Shown here piece by piece: positions 13,001-28,600 of a DNA stretch of 64,000 nt; within the stretch, counting starts at the first letter, position 1, and every line of letters starts with the position of its first letter. The notes below the pieces were generated by a model that saw nothing but the letters and a program-made list of their open reading frames with translations, was not told where the DNA came from and searched no databases. Location of the stretch: NCBI GenBank assembly GCA_964016885.1, contig OZ024744.1, positions 104,160,001-104,224,000 on the forward strand, given 5' to 3'. Source of the DNA: Eledone cirrhosa. Its lineage: Eukaryota. A program made the translations under genes and the position numbers.

Positions 13001-16000
13001 ATAACAGTTGAAGGTAGACTGTCTAGAGATGTATAGGAAGGGATTGCTTACAGAATATGGTTTATAACAGTTGAAGGTAGAATGTCTAGAGATATATAGG
13101 AAGGGATAGCTTACAGAATATGGTTTATAACAGTTGAAGGTAGACTGTCTAGTGATGTATAGGAAGGGATAGCTCACAGAATATGGTTTATAACAGTTGA
13201 AGGTAGACTCTGTCTAGTGGTGTATAGGAAGGGATAGCTTACAGAATATGGTTTATAACAGTTGAAGTTAGAATGTCTAGAGATCTATAGGAAGGGATAG
13301 CTCACAGAATATGGTTTATAACAGTTGAAGGTAGACTTTCTACAGATATATAGGAAGGGATAGCTCACAGAATATGGTTTATAACAGTTGAAGGTAGACT
13401 GTCTAGAGGTGTAGGGGAAGGGATAACTTACATAATATTGTTTATAACAGATTAAGGTAGACTGTCTAGAGGTATATAGGAAGGGATAGCTTACAGAATA
13501 AGGTTTATAACAGTTGAAGGTAGACTGTTTTGTGGTATATAGTAAGGGATAGCTCCCAGAATATTGTTTATAACAGTTGAAGGTAGACTCTGTCTAGAGG
13601 AATATAGGAAGGGATTGCTTACAGAATATGGTTTATAACAGTTGAAGGTAGACCGTCTAGAGGTATATAGGATGGGATAGCTCACAGGATATTGTTTATA
13701 ACAGTTGAAAGTAGAATGTCTAGAGATATTGAGGAAGGGATAGCTCACAGAATATGGTTCATAACAGTTGAAGGTAGACTCTGTCTGGAGGTGTAGAGCA
13801 AGGGATAGCTTACAGTATATGGTTTATAACAGTTGAAGGTAGACTCTGTCCAGAGATGTATAGGAAGAGATAGCTCACAGAATATGGTTTATAACAGTTG
13901 AAGGTAGACTGTCTAGAGATATATAGGAAGGGATAGCTCACAGAATATGGTTTATAACAGTTGAAGGTAGACTCTGTCTAGAGGTATATAGGAAGGGATA
14001 GCTTACAGAATATGGTTTATAACGGTTGAAGGTAGACTGTCTAGAGATGTAGAGCAAGGGATAGCTTACAGAATATGGTTTATAACAGTTGAAGGTAGAC
14101 TGTCTAGAGATCTATAGGAAGGGATAGCTCACAGAATATAGTTTATAACAGTTGAAAGTAGACTGTCTAGAGGTGTAGGGGAAGGGATAACTTACATAAT
14201 ATGGTTTATAACAGTTTAAGGTAGACTGTCTAGATTTATATAGGAAGGGATAGCTGACAGGATATGGTTTATAACAGTTGAAGGTAGAATGTCTAGAGAT
14301 ATATAGGTTGGGATAGCTTACAGAATAAGTTTTATAACAGTTGAAGTTAGACTGTCTAGAGATCTATAGGAAGGGATAGCTCACAGAATATGGTTTATGA
14401 CAGTTGAAAGTAGACTGTCTAGAGATGTATAGGAAGGGATAGCTCACAGAATATGGTTTATAACAGTTGAAGGTAGACTGTCTAGAGATATATAGGAAGG
14501 GATAGCTCACAGAATACGGTTTATGACAGTTGAAAGTAGACTGTCTAGAGATGTATAGGAAGGGATAGCTCACAGAATATGGTTTATAACAGTTGAAGGT
14601 AGACTGTCTAGAGATATATAGGAAGGGATAGCTCACAGAATATGGTTTATGACAGTTGAAAGTAGACTGTCTAGAGATGTATAGGAAGGGATAGCTCACA
14701 GAATATGGTTTATAACAGTTGAAGGAAGACTGTCTAGAGATGTATAGGAAGGGATAGCTTACAGAATATGGTTTATAACAGTTGAAGGTAGAATGTCTAG
14801 AGATATATAGGAAGGGATAGCTTACAGAATATGGTTTATAACAGTTGAAGGTAGACTGTCTAGTGATGTATAGGAAGGGATAGCTCACAGAATATGGTTT
14901 ATAACAGTTGAAGGTAGACTCTGTCTAGAGGTATATAGGAAGGGATAGCTTACAGAATATGGTTTATAACAGTTGAAGTTAGAATGTCTAGAGATCTATA
15001 GGAAGGGATAGCTCACAGAATATGGTTTATAACAGTTGAAGGTAGACTTTCTACAGATATATAGGAAGGGATAGCTCACAGAATATGGTTTATAACAGTT
15101 GAAGGTAGACTGTCTAGAGGTGTAGGGGAAGGGATAACTTACATAATATTGTTTATAACAGATTAAGGTAGACTGTCTAGAGGTATATAGGAAGGGATAG
15201 CTTACAGAATAAGGTTTATAACACTTGAAGGTAGACTGTTTTGTGGTATATAGTAAGGGATAGCTCCCAGAATATTGTTTATAACAGTTGAAGGTAGACT
15301 CTGTCTAGAGGAATATAGGAAGGGATTGCTTACAGAATATGGTTTATAACAGTTGAAGGTAGACCGTCTAGAGGTATATAGGATGGGATAGCTCACAGGA
15401 TATTGTTTATAACAGTTGAAAGTAGAATGTCTAGAGATATTGAGGAAGGGATAGCTCACAGAATATGGTTCATAACAGTTGAAGGTAGACTCTGTCTAGA
15501 GATGTAGAGCAAGGGATAGCTTACAGAATAAGGTTTATAACAGTTGAAGGTAGACTCTGTCCAGAGATGTATAGTAAGAGATAGCTCGCTGAATATGGTT
15601 TATAACAGTTGAAGGTAGACTGTCTAGAGATATATAAGAAGGGATAGCTGACAGAATATGGTTTATAACAGTTAAAGGTAGACTGTCTATAGATATATAG
15701 GAAGGAATAGCTTACAGAATATGGTTTATAACAGTTGAAGGTAGACTGTCTAGAGATATATAGGAAGGGATAGCTCACAGAATATGGTTTATAACAGTTG
15801 AAGGTAGACTGTCTAGAGATATATAGGAAGGGATAGCTCACAGAATATGGTTTATAACAGTTGAAGGTAGACTGTCTAGAGATATATAGGAAGGGATAGC
15901 TGACAGAATTTGGTTTATAACAGTTGAAGGTAGACTGTCTAGAGATGTATAGGAAGTGCTAGCTCACATAATATGGTTTATAACAGTTGAAGGTAGACTG

Positions 16001-19000
16001 TCTAGTGGTATATAGGAAGGGATATATTACAGAATATGGTTATTAACAGTTGAAGATAGACTGTCTAGAGGTATATAGGATGGGATAGCTCACAGAATAT
16101 GGTGTATAACAGTTGAAGGCAGACTATCTATAGGTGTATAGGAAGGGATAGCTCACAGAATATGGTTTATAACAGTTGAAGGTAGACTGTCTAGAGATGT
16201 ATAGGAAGGGATAGCTCACAGAATATGGTTTATAACAGTTGAAGGTAGAATGTCTAGAGATATATAGGTTGGGATAGCTTACAGAATAAGGTTTATAACA
16301 GTTGAAGTTAGACTGTCTAGAGGTGTAGGGGAAGGGATAACTTACATAATATGGTTTATAACAATTTAAGGTAGACTGTCTAGAGGTATATAGGAAGGGA
16401 TAGCTCACAGAATATGGTTTATAACAGTTGAAGGTAGACTGTCTAGAGATCTATAGGAAGGGATAGCTCACAGAATATGGTTTATAACAGTTGAAAGTAG
16501 ACTGTCTAGAGGTGTAGGGGAAGGGATAACTTACATAATATGGTTTATAACAGTTTAAGGTAGAATGTCTAGAGATATATAGGTTGGGATAGCTTACAGA
16601 ATAAGGTTTATAACAGTTGAAGTTAGACTGTCTAGAGATGTATAGGAATGGATAGCTCACAGAATATGGTTTATAACAGTTGAAGGTAGACTCTGTCTAG
16701 AGATATATAGGAAGGGATAGCTCACAGAATATGGTTTATAACAGTTGAAGGTAGAATGTCTAGATATGTATAGGAAGGGATAGCTCACATAATATGGTTT
16801 ATAACAGTTGAAGGTAGACTGTCTAGAGATGTATAGGAAGGGATAGCTTACAGAATATGGTTTATAACAGTTGAAGGTAGACGCTGTCTAGAGGTATATA
16901 GGAAGGGATAGCTTACAGAATATGGTTTATAACTGTTGAAGGTAGACTGTCTAAATATGTATAGGAAGGGATAGCTGACAGAATATGGTTTATAACAGTT
17001 GAAGGTAGACTGTCTAGAGATATATAGGAAGGGATAGCTCACAGAATATGGTTTATAACAGTTGAAGGTAGACTGTCTAGAGATATACAGGAAGGGATAG
17101 CTGACAGAATATGGTTTATAACAGTTGAAGGTAGACTGTCTAGAGATGTACAGGAAGGGATAGCTGACAGAATATGGTTTATAACAGTTGAAGTTAGACT
17201 GTCTAGAGGTATATAGGAAGCGATAGCTCACATAATATGGTTTATAACAGTTGAAGGTAGACTGTCTAGAGATGTATAGGGTGGGATAGCTGACAGAATA
17301 TGGTTATTAACAGTTGAAGGTAGACTGTCTAGAGATATATAGGAAGGGATAGCTCACAGATTATGGTTTATAACAGTTGAAGGTAGACTGTCTAGAGATA
17401 TATTGGAAGGGATAGCTCCCAGAATATGGTTTATAACAGTTGAAGGTAGACTGTCTAGGGATGTATAGGAAGTGATAGCTCACAGAATATGGTTTATAAC
17501 AGTTGAAGGTAGACTGTCTAGAGGTGTAGGGGAAGGGATAACTTACATAATATGGTTTATAACAGTTGAAGGTAGACTGTCTAGAGGTGTATGGGAAGGG
17601 ATAGCTTACAGAATATGGTTTATAACAGTTGAAGGTAGACTGTCTAGAGGTATATAGGAAGGGATAGCTCACAGAATATGGTTTATAACAGTTGAAGGTA
17701 GACTGTCTAGAGGTGTATGGGAAGGGATAGCTTACAGAATATGGTTTATAACAGTTGAAGGTAGACTGTCTAGAGGTATATAGGAAGGGATAGCTCACAG
17801 AATATGGTTTATAACAGTTGAAGGTAGACTGTCTAGAGATGTATAGGAAGGGATAGCTCACAGAATATGGTTTATAACAGTTGAAGGTAGAATGTCTAGA
17901 GGTATATAGGAAGGGATAGCTCACAGAATATGGTTTATAACAGTTGAAGGTAGAATGTCTAGAGGTATATAGGAAGGGATAGCTCACAGAATATGGTTTA
18001 TAACAGTCGAAGGTAGAATGTCTAGAGGTATATAGGAAGGGATAGCTCACAGAATATGGTTTATAACAGTTGAAGGTAGAATGTCTAGAGATATATAGGA
18101 TGGGATAGGTTACAGAATATGGTTTATAACTGTTGATGGTAGACTGTCTAAATATGTATAGGAAGGGATAGCTTACAGAATATGGTTTATAACAGTTAAA
18201 GGTAGACTGTCTAGAGATGTATAGGAAGGGACAGCTCACAGAATATGGTTTATAACAGTTGAAAGTAGACTGTCTAGAGAAGTATAGGAAGGGATAGCTC
18301 ACAGAATATGGTTTATAACAGTTGAAGGTAGACTGTCTAGAGATGTATAGGAAGGGATAGCTTACAGAATATGGTTTATAACAGTTGAAGGTAGACTGTC
18401 TAGAGATGTATAGGAAGGGATAGCTCACAGAATATGGTTTATAACAGTTGACGGTAGACTGTCTAGAGATATATAGGAAGGGATAGCTCACAGAATATGG
18501 TTTATAACAGTTGAAAGTAGACTGTCTAGAGATGTATAGGAAGGGATAGCTCACAGAATATGGTTTATAACAGTTGAAGGTAGACTGTCTAGAGATATAT
18601 AGGAAGGGATAGCTTACAGAATATGGTTTATAACAGTTGCAGGTAGACTGTCTAGAGGTATATAGGAAGGGATAGCTCACAGAATATGGTTTATAACAGT
18701 TGAAGGTAGACTCTGTCTAGAGATGTAGAGCAAGGGATAGCTTACAGAATAAGGTTTATAACAGTTGAAGGTAGACTCTGTCCAGAGATGTATAGTAAGA
18801 GATAGCTCGCTGAATATGGTTTATAACAGTTGAAGGTAGACTGTCTATAGATATATAGGAAGGAATAGCTTACAGAATATGGTTTATAACAGTTGAAGGT
18901 AGACTGTCTATAGATATATAGGAAGGAATAGCTTACAGAATATGGTTTATAACAGTTGAAGGTAGACTGTCTAGAGATATATAGGAAGGGATAGCTCACA

Positions 19001-19660
19001 GAATATGGTTTATAACAGTTGAAGGTAGACTGTCTAGAGATATATAGGAAGGGATAGCTCACAGAATATGGTTTATAACAGTTGAAGGTAGACTGTCTAG
19101 AGATATATAGGAAGGGATAGCTGACAGAATTTGGTTTATAACAGTTGAAGGTAGACTGTCTAGAGATGTATAGGAAGTGCTAGCTCACATAATATGGTTT
19201 ATAACAGTTGAAGGTAGACTGTCTAGTGGTATATAGGAAGGGATATATTACAGAATATGGTTATTAACAGTTGAAGATAGACTGTCTAGAGGTATATAGG
19301 ATGGGATAGCTCACAGAATATGGTGTATAACAGTTGAAGGCAGACTATCTATAGGTGTATAGGAAGGGATAGCTCACAGAATATGGTTTATAACAGTTGA
19401 AGGTAGACTGTCTAGAGATGTATAGGAAGGGCTAGCTCACATAATATGGTTTATAACAGTTGAAGGTAGACTGTCTAGTGGTATATAGGAGGGATAGATT
19501 ACAGAATATGGTTATTAACAGTTGAAGGTAGACTGTCTAGAGTATATAGGATGGGATAGCTCACATAATATGGTTTATAACAGTTGAAGGTAGACTGTCT
19601 AGAGATATATAGGAAGGGATAGCTCACAGAATATGGTTTATGACAGTTGAAAGTAGACTG
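7085..19660. repeat. Non-adjacent ~3.3-kb block duplication (about 7085-10490 and 16318-19660), offset 9170 bp
   Basis: ORF pairs 7678/16848, 8191/17361 (both 439 aa), 8302/17472 and 9572/18742 are all offset by 9170. Pair 7218/16451 is offset by 9233, one monomer more. Confidence 0.9.
11380..15490. repeat. 1711-bp higher-order repeat (27 monomers), ~2.4 tandem copies; recurs at about 22.1-25.0 kb and 27.6-32.6 kb
   Basis: The 85-aa ORF marker occurs at 11780/13491/15202, 22529/24240 and 27972/29683/31393. The 174-aa ORF occurs at 12653/14364. 1711 = 27x63 + 10. Confidence 0.9.
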
Positions 19661-22600
19661 TCTAGAGATGTATAGGAAGGGATAGCTCACAGAATATGGT
19701 TTATAACAGTTGAAGGTAGACTGTCTAGAGATGTATAGGAAGGGATAGCTTACAGAATATGGTTTATAACAGTTGAAGGTAGACTGTCTAGAGATGTATA
19801 GGAAGGGATAGCTCACAGAATATGGTTTATAACAGTTGAAGGTAGACTGTCTAGAGATGTATAGGAAGGGATAGCTCACAGAATATGGTTTATAACAGTT
19901 GAAGGTAGACGCTGTCTAGAGGTATATAGGAAGGGATAGCTTACAGAATATGGTTTATAACAGTTGAACGTAGACTGTCTAGTGATGTATAGGAAGGGAT
20001 AGCTCACAGAATATGGTTTGTAACAGTTGAAGGTAGACTCTGTCTAGAGGTATATAGGAAGGGATAGCTCACAGAATATGGTTTATAACAGTTGAAGGTA
20101 GACTTTCTACAGATATATAGGAAGGGATAGCCCACAGAATATGGTTTACGACAGTTGAAAGTAGACTGTCTAGAGATGTATAGGAAGGGATAGCTCACAG
20201 AATATGGTTTATAACAGTTGAAGGTAGACTGTCTAGAGATATATAGGAAGGGATAGCTCACAGAATATGGTTTATGACAGTTGAAACTAGACTGTCTAGA
20301 GATATATAGGAAGGGATAGCTCACAGAATATGGTTTATGACAGTTGAAAGTAGACTGTCTAGAGATGTATAGGAAGGGATAGCTCACAGAATATGGTTTA
20401 TAACAGTTGAAGGTAGACTGTCTAGAGATGTATAGGAAGGGATAGCTTACAGAATATGGTTTATAACAGTTGAAGGTAGACTGTCTAGAGGTGTATGGGA
20501 AGGGATAACTTACATAATATGGTTTATAACAATTTAAGGTAGACTGTCTAGAGTTATATAGGAAGGGATAGCTCACAGAATATGGTTTATAACAGTTGAA
20601 GGTAGACTGTCTAGAGATCTATAGGAAGGGATAGCTCACAGAATATAGTTTATAACAGTTGAAAGTAGACTGTCTAGAGGTGTAGGGGAAGGGATAACTT
20701 ACATAATATGGTTTATAACAGTTTAAGGTAGACTGTCTAGAGGTATATAGGAAGGGATAGCTGACAGGATATGGTTTATAACAGTTGAAGGTAGAATGTC
20801 TAGAGATATATAGGTTGGGATAGCTTACAGAAAAAGGTTTATAACAGTTGAAGTTAGACTGTCTAGAGATCTATAGGAAGGGATAGCTCACAGAATATGG
20901 TTTATAACAGTTGAAGGTAGACTGTCTAGAGATGTATGGGAAGGGATAACTTACATAATATGGTTTATAACAGTTGAAGGCAGACTATCTATAGGTGTAT
21001 AGGAAGGGATAGCTCACAGAATATGGTTTATAACAGTTGAAGGTAGACTGTCTAGAGATGTATAGGAAGGGCTAGCTCACATAATATGGTTTATAACAGT
21101 TGAAGGTAGACTGTCTAGTGGTATATAGGAAGGGATAGATTACAGAATATGGTTATTAACAGTTGAAGGTAGACTGTCTAGAGTATATACGATGGGATAG
21201 CTCACATAATATGGTTTATAACAGTTGAAGGTAGACTGTCTAGAGATATATAGGAAGGGATAGCTCACAGAATATGGTTTATGACAGTTGAAAGTAGACT
21301 GTCTAGAGATGTATAGGAAGGGATAGCTCACAGAATATGGTTTATAACAGTTGAAGGTAGACTGTCTAGAGATATATAGGAAGGGATAGCTCACAGAATA
21401 TGGTTTATGACAGTTGAAAGTAGACTGTCTAGAGATGTATAGGAAGGGATAGCTCACAGAATATGGTTTATAACAGTTGAAGGTAGACTGTCTAGAGATA
21501 TATAGGAAGGGATAGCTCACAGAATATGGTTTATGACAGTTGAAGGTAGACTGTCTAGAGGTATATAGAAAGGGATAGCTCACAGAATATGGTTTATAAC
21601 AGTTGAAGGTAGAATGTCTAGAGATATATAGGATGGGATAGGTTTCAGAATATGGTTTATAACAGTTGAAGGTAGACTGTCTAGAGATATATAGGAAGGG
21701 ATAGCTCACAGATTATGGTTTATAACAGTTGAAAGTAGAATGTGTAGAGATGTATAGGAAGGGATAGCTCACAGAATATGGTTTATAACAGTTGAAGGTA
21801 GACTGTCTAGAGATGTATAGGAAGGGATAGCTTACAGAATATGGTTTATAACAGTTGAAGGTAGACTGTCTAGAGATGTATAGGGTGGGATAGGTTACAG
21901 AATATGGTTTATAACAGTTGAAGGTAGACTGTCTAGAGGTATATAGGAAGGGATAGCTTACAGAATATGGTTTATAACAGTTGAAGGTAGACTGTCTAGA
22001 GGTATATAGGAAGGGATAGCTCACAGAATATGGTTTATAACAGTTGAAGGTAGACTGTCTAGAGATGTATAGGAATGGATAGCTCACAGAATATGGTTTA
22101 TAACAGTTGAAGGTAGACGCTGTCTAGAGGTATATAGGAAGGGATAGCTTACAGAATATGGTTTATAACAGTTGAAGGTAGACTGTCTAGTGATGTATAG
22201 GAAGGGATAGCTCACAGAATATGGTTTATAACAGTTGAAGGTAGACTCTGTCTAGAGGTATATAGGAAGGGATAGCTTACAGAATATGGTTTATAACAGT
22301 TGAAGTTAGAATGTCTAGAGATCTATAGGAAGGGATAGCTCACAGAATATGGTTTATAACAGTTGAAGGTAGACTTTCTACAGATATATAGGAAGGGATA
22401 GCTCACAGAATATGGTTTATAACAGTTGAAGGTAGACTGTCTAGAGGTGTAGGGGAAGGGATAACTTACATAATATTGTTTATAACAGATTAAGGTAGAC
22501 TGTCTAGAGGTATATAGGAAGGGATAGCTTACAGAATAAGGTTTATAACAGTTGAAGGTAGACTGTTTTGTGGTATATAGTAAGGGATAGCTCCCAGAAT

Positions 22601-25600
22601 ATTGTTTATAACAGTTGAAGGTAGACTCTGTCTAGAGGAATATAGGAAGGGATTGCTTACAGAATATGGTTTATAACAGTTGAAGGTAGACCGTCTAGAG
22701 GTATATAGGATGGGATAGCTCACAGGATATGGTTTATAACAGTTGAAAGTAGAATGTCTAGAGATATTGAGGAAGGGATAGCTCACAGAATATGGTTCAT
22801 AACAGTTGAAGGTAGACTCTGTCTGGAGGTGTAGAGCAAGGGATAGCTTACAGTATATGGTTTATAACAGTTGAAGGTAGACTCTGTCCAGAGGTGTATA
22901 GGAAGAGATAGCTCACAGAATATGGTTTATGACAGTTGAAGGTAGACTGTCTAGAGATATATAGGAAGGGATAGCTCACAGAATATGGTTTATAACAGTT
23001 GAAGGTAGACTCTGTCTAGAGGTATATAGGAAGGGATAGCTTACAGAATATGGTTTATAACGGTTGAAGGTAGACTGTCTAGAGATGTAGAGCAAGGGAT
23101 AGCTTACAGAATATGGTTTATAACAGTTGAAGGTAGACTGTCTAGAGATCTATAGGAAGGGATAGCTCACAGAATATAGTTTATAACAGTTGAAAGTAGA
23201 CTGTCTAGAGGTGTAGGGGAAGGGATAACTTACATAATATGGTTTATAACAGTTTAAGGTAGACTGTCTAGAGGTATATATGAAGGGATAGCTGACAGGA
23301 TATGGTTTATAACAGTTGAAGGTAGAATGTCTAGAGATATATAGGTTGGGATAGCTTACAGAATAAGGTTTATAACAGTTGAAGTTAGACTGTCTAGAGA
23401 TCTATAGGAAGGGATAGCTCACAGAATATGGTTTATGACAGTTGAAAGTAGACTGTCTAGAGATGTATAGGAAGGGATAGCTCACAGAATATGGTTTATA
23501 ACAGTTGAAGGTAGACTGTCTAGAGATATATAGGAAGGGATAGCTCACAGAATATGGTTTATGACAGTTGAAAGTAGACTGTCTAGAGATGTATAGGAAG
23601 GGATAGCTCACAGAATATGGTTTATAACAGTTGAAGGTAGACTGTCTAGAGATATATAGGAAGGGATAGCTCACAGAATATGGTTTATGACAGTTGAAAG
23701 TAGACTGTCTAGAGATGTATAGGAAGGGATAGCTCACAGAATATGGTTTATAACAGTTGAAGGTAGACTGTCTAGAGATGTATAGGAAGGGATAGCTTAC
23801 AGAATATGGTTTATAACAGTTGAAGGTAGAATGTCTAGAGATATATAGGAAGGGATAGCTTACAGAATATGGTTTATAACAGTTGACGGTAGACTGTCTA
23901 GTGATGTATAGGAAGGGATAGCTCACAGAATATGGTTTATAACAGTTGAAGGTAGACTCTGTCTAGAGGTATATAGGAAGGGATAGCTTACAGAATATGG
24001 TTTATAACAGTTGAAGTTAGAATGTCTAGAGATCTATAGGAAGGGATAGCTCACAGAATATGGTTTATAACAGTTGAAGGTAGACTTTCTACAGATATAT
24101 AGGAAGGGATAGCTCACAGAATATGGTTTATAACAGTTGAAGGTAGACTGTCTAGAGGTGTAGGGGAAGGGATAACTTACATAATATTGTTTATAACAGA
24201 TTAAGGTAGACTGTCTAGAGGTATATAGGAAGGGATAGCTTACAGAATAAGGTTTATAACAGTTGAAGGTAGACTGTTTTGTGGTATATAGTAAGGGATA
24301 GCTCCCAGAATATTGTTTATAACAGTTGAAGGTAGACTCTGTCTAGAGGAATATAGGAAGGGATTGCTTACAGAATATGGTTTATAACAGTTGAAGGTAG
24401 ACCGTCTAGAGGTATATAGGATGGGATAGCTCACAGGATATTGTTTATAACAGTTGAAAGTAGAATGTCTAGAGATATTGAGGAAGGGATAGCTCACAGA
24501 ATATGGTTCATAACAGTTGAAGGTAGACTCTGTCTGGAGGTGTAGAGCAAGGGATAGCTTACAGTATATGGTTTATAACAGTTGAATGTAGACTCTGTCC
24601 AGAGATGTATAGGAAGAGATAGCTCACAGAATATGGTTTATAACAGTTGAAGGTAGACTGTCTAGAGATATATAGGAAGGGATAGCTCACAGAATATGGT
24701 TTATAACAGTTGAAGGTAGACTCTGTCTAGAGGTATATAGGAAGGGATAGCTTACAGAATATGGTTTATAACGGTTGAAGGTAGACTGTCTAGAGATGTA
24801 GAGCAAGGGATAGCTTACAGAATATGGTTTATAACAGTTGAAGGTAGACTGTCTAGAGATCTATAGGAAGGGATAGCTCACAGAATATAGTTTATAACAG
24901 TTGAAAGTAGACTGTCTAGAGGTGTAGGGGAAGGGATAACTTACATAATATGGTTTATAACAGTTTAAGGTAGACTGTCTAGAGGTATATAGGAAGGGAT
25001 AGCTGACAGGATATGGTTTATAACAGTTGAAGGTAGAATGTCTAGAGATATATAGGAAGGGATAGCTCACAGAATATGGTTTATGACAGTTGAAAGTAGA
25101 CTGTCTAGAGATGTATAGGAAGGGATAGCTCACAGAATATGGTTTATAACAGTTGAAGGTAGACTGTCTAGAGATGTATAGGAAGGGATAGCTTACAGAA
25201 TATGGTTTATAACAGTTGAAGGTAGACTGTCTAGAGATGTATAGGAAGGGATAGCTCACAGAATATGGTTTATAACAGTTGAAGGTAGACTGTCTAGAGA
25301 TGTATAGGAAGGGATAGCTCACAGAATATGGTTTATAACAGTTGAAGGTAGACGCTGTCTAGAGGTATATAGGAAGGGATAGCTTACAGAATATGGTTTA
25401 TAACAGTTGAACGTAGACTGTCTAGTGATGTATAGGAAGGGATAGCTCACAGAATATGGTTTGTAACAGTTGAAGGTAGACTCTGTCTAGAGGTATATAG
25501 GAAGGGATAGCTCACAGAATATGGTTTATAACAGTTGAAGGTAGACTTTCTACAGATATATAGGAAGGGATAGCCCACAGAATATGGTTTACGACAGTTG

Positions 25601-28600
25601 AAAGTAGACTGTCTAGAGATGTATAGGAAGGGATAGCTCACAGAATATGGTTTATAACAGTTGAAGGTAGACTGTCTAGAGATATATAGGAAGGGATAGC
25701 TCACAGAATATGGTTTATGACAGTTGAAACTAGACTGTCTAGAGATATATAGGAAGGGATAGCTCACAGAATATGGTTTATGACAGTTGAAAGTAGACTG
25801 TCTAGAGATGTATAGGAAGGGATAGCTCACAGAATATGGTTTATAACAGTTGAAGGTAGACTGTCTAGAGATGTATAGGAAGGGATAGCTTACAGAATAT
25901 GGTTTATAACAGTTGAAGGTAGACTGTCTAGAGGTGTATGGGAAGGGATAACTTACATAATATGGTTTATAACAATTTAAGGTAGACTGTCTAGAGTTAT
26001 ATAGGAAGGGATAGCTCACAGAATATGGTTTATAACAGTTGAAGGTAGACTGTCTAGAGATCTATAGGAAGGGATAGCTCACAGAATATAGTTTATAACA
26101 GTTGAAAGTAGACTGTCTAGAGGTGTAGGGGAAGGGATAACTTACATAATATGGTTTATAACAGTTTAAGGTAGACTGTCTAGAGGTATATAGGAAGGGA
26201 TAGCTGACAGGATATGGTTTATAACAGTTGAAGGTAGAATGTCTAGAGATATATAGGTTGGGATAGCTTACAGAAAAAGGTTTATAACAGTTGAAGTTAG
26301 ACTGTCTAGAGATCTATAGGAAGGGATAGCTCACAGAATATGGTTTATAACAGTTGAAGGTAGACTGTCTAGAGATGTATGGGAAGGGATAACTTACATA
26401 ATATGGTTTATAACAGTTGAAGGCAGACTATCTATAGGTGTATAGGAAGGGATAGCTCACAGAATATGGTTTATAACAGTTGAAGGTAGACTGTCTAGAG
26501 ATGTATAGGAAGGGCTAGCTCACATAATATGGTTTATAACAGTTGAAGGTAGACTGTCTAGTGGTATATAGGAAGGGATAGATTACAGAATATGGTTATT
26601 AACAGTTGAAGGTAGACTGTCTAGAGTATATACGATGGGATAGCTCACATAATATGGTTTATAACAGTTGAAGGTAGACTGTCTAGAGATATATAGGAAG
26701 GGATAGCTCACAGAATATGGTTTATGACAGTTGAAAGTAGACTGTCTAGAGATGTATAGGAAGGGATAGCTCACAGAATATGGTTTATAACAGTTGAAGG
26801 TAGACTGTCTAGAGATATATAGGAAGGGATAGCTCACAGAATATGGTTTATGACAGTTGAAAGTAGACTGTCTAGAGATGTATAGGAAGGGATAGCTCAC
26901 AGAATATGGTTTATAACAGTTGAAGGTAGACTGTCTAGAGATATATAGGAAGGGATAGCTCACAGAATATGGTTTATGACAGTTGAAGGTAGACTGTCTA
27001 GAAGTATATAGAAAGGGATAGCTCACAGAATATGGTTTATAACAGTTGAAGGTAGAATGTCTAGAGATATATAGGATGGGATAGGTTTCAGAATATGGTT
27101 TATAACAGTTGAAGGTAGACTGTCTAGAGATATATAGGAAGGGATAGCTCACAGATTATGGTTTATAACAGTTGAAAGTAGAATGTGTAGAGATGTATAG
27201 GAAGGGATAGCTCACAGAATATGGTTTATAACAGTTGAAGGTAGACTGTCTAGAGATGTATAGGAAGGGATAGCTTACAGAATATGGTTTATAACAGTTG
27301 AAGGTAGACTGTCTAGAGATGTATAGGGTGGGATAGGTTACAGAATATGGTTTATAACAGTTGAAGGTAGACTGTCTAGAGGTATATAGGAAGGGATAGC
27401 TTACAGAATATGGTTTATAACAGTTGAAGGTAGACTGTCTAGAGGTATATAGGAAGGGATAGCTCACAGAATATGGTTTATAACAGTTGAAGGTAGACTG
27501 TCTAGAGATGTATAGGAATGGATAGCTCACAGAATATGGTTTATAACAGTTGAAGGTAGACGCTGTCTAGAGGTATATAGGAAGGGATAGCTTACAGAAT
27601 ATGGTTTATAACAGTTGAAGGTAGACTGTCTAGTGATGTATAGGAAGGGATAGCTCACAGAATATGGTTTATAACAGTTGAAGGTAGACTCTGTCTAGAG
27701 GTATATAGGAAGGGATAGCTTACAGAATATGGTTTATAACAGTTGAAGTTAGAATGTCTAGAGATCTATAGGAAGGGATAGCTCACAGAATATGGTTTAT
27801 AACAGTTGAAGGTAGACTTTCTACAGATATATAGGAAGGGATAGCTCACAGAATATGGTTTATAACAGTTGAAGGTAGACTGTCTAGAGGTGTAGGGGAA
27901 GGGATAACTTACATAATATTGTTTATAACAGATTAAGGTAGACTGTCTAGAGGTATATAGGAAGGGATAGCTTACAGAATAAGGTTTATAACAGTTGAAG
28001 GTAGACTGTTTTGTGGTATATAGTAAGGGATAGCTCCCAGAATATTGTTTATAACAGTTGAAGGTAGACTCTGTCTAGAGGAATATAGGAAGGGATTGCT
28101 TACAGAATATGGTTTATAACAGTTGAAGGTAGACCGTCTAGAGGTATATAGGATGGGATAGCTCACAGGATATGGTTTATAACAGTTGAAAGTAGAATGT
28201 CTAGAGATATTGAGGAAGGGATAGCTCACAGAATATGGTTCATAACAGTTGAAGGTAGACTCTGTCTGGAGGTGTAGAGCAAGGGATAGCTTACAGTATA
28301 TGGTTTATAACAGTTGAAGGTAGACTCTGTCCAGAGGTGTATAGGAAGAGATAGCTCACAGAATATGGTTTATAACAGTTGAAGGTAGACTGTCTAGAGA
28401 TATATAGGAAGGGATAGCTCACAGAATATGGTTTATAACAGTTGAAGGTAGACTCTGTCTAGAGGTATATAGGAAGGGATAGCTTACAGAATATGGTTTA
28501 TAACGGTTGAAGGTAGACTGTCTAGAGATGTAGAGCAAGGGATAGCTTACAGAATATGGTTTATAACAGTTGAAGGTAGACTGTCTAGAGATCTATAGGA

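Noticed and set aside
8302-17657. Plus-strand 61-aa ORFs (MIAHRIWFITVEGRL...) at 8302 and 17472
   Set aside because: They are chance read-through of three variant monomers that lack the usual TAG, duplicated with the 9170-bp block.
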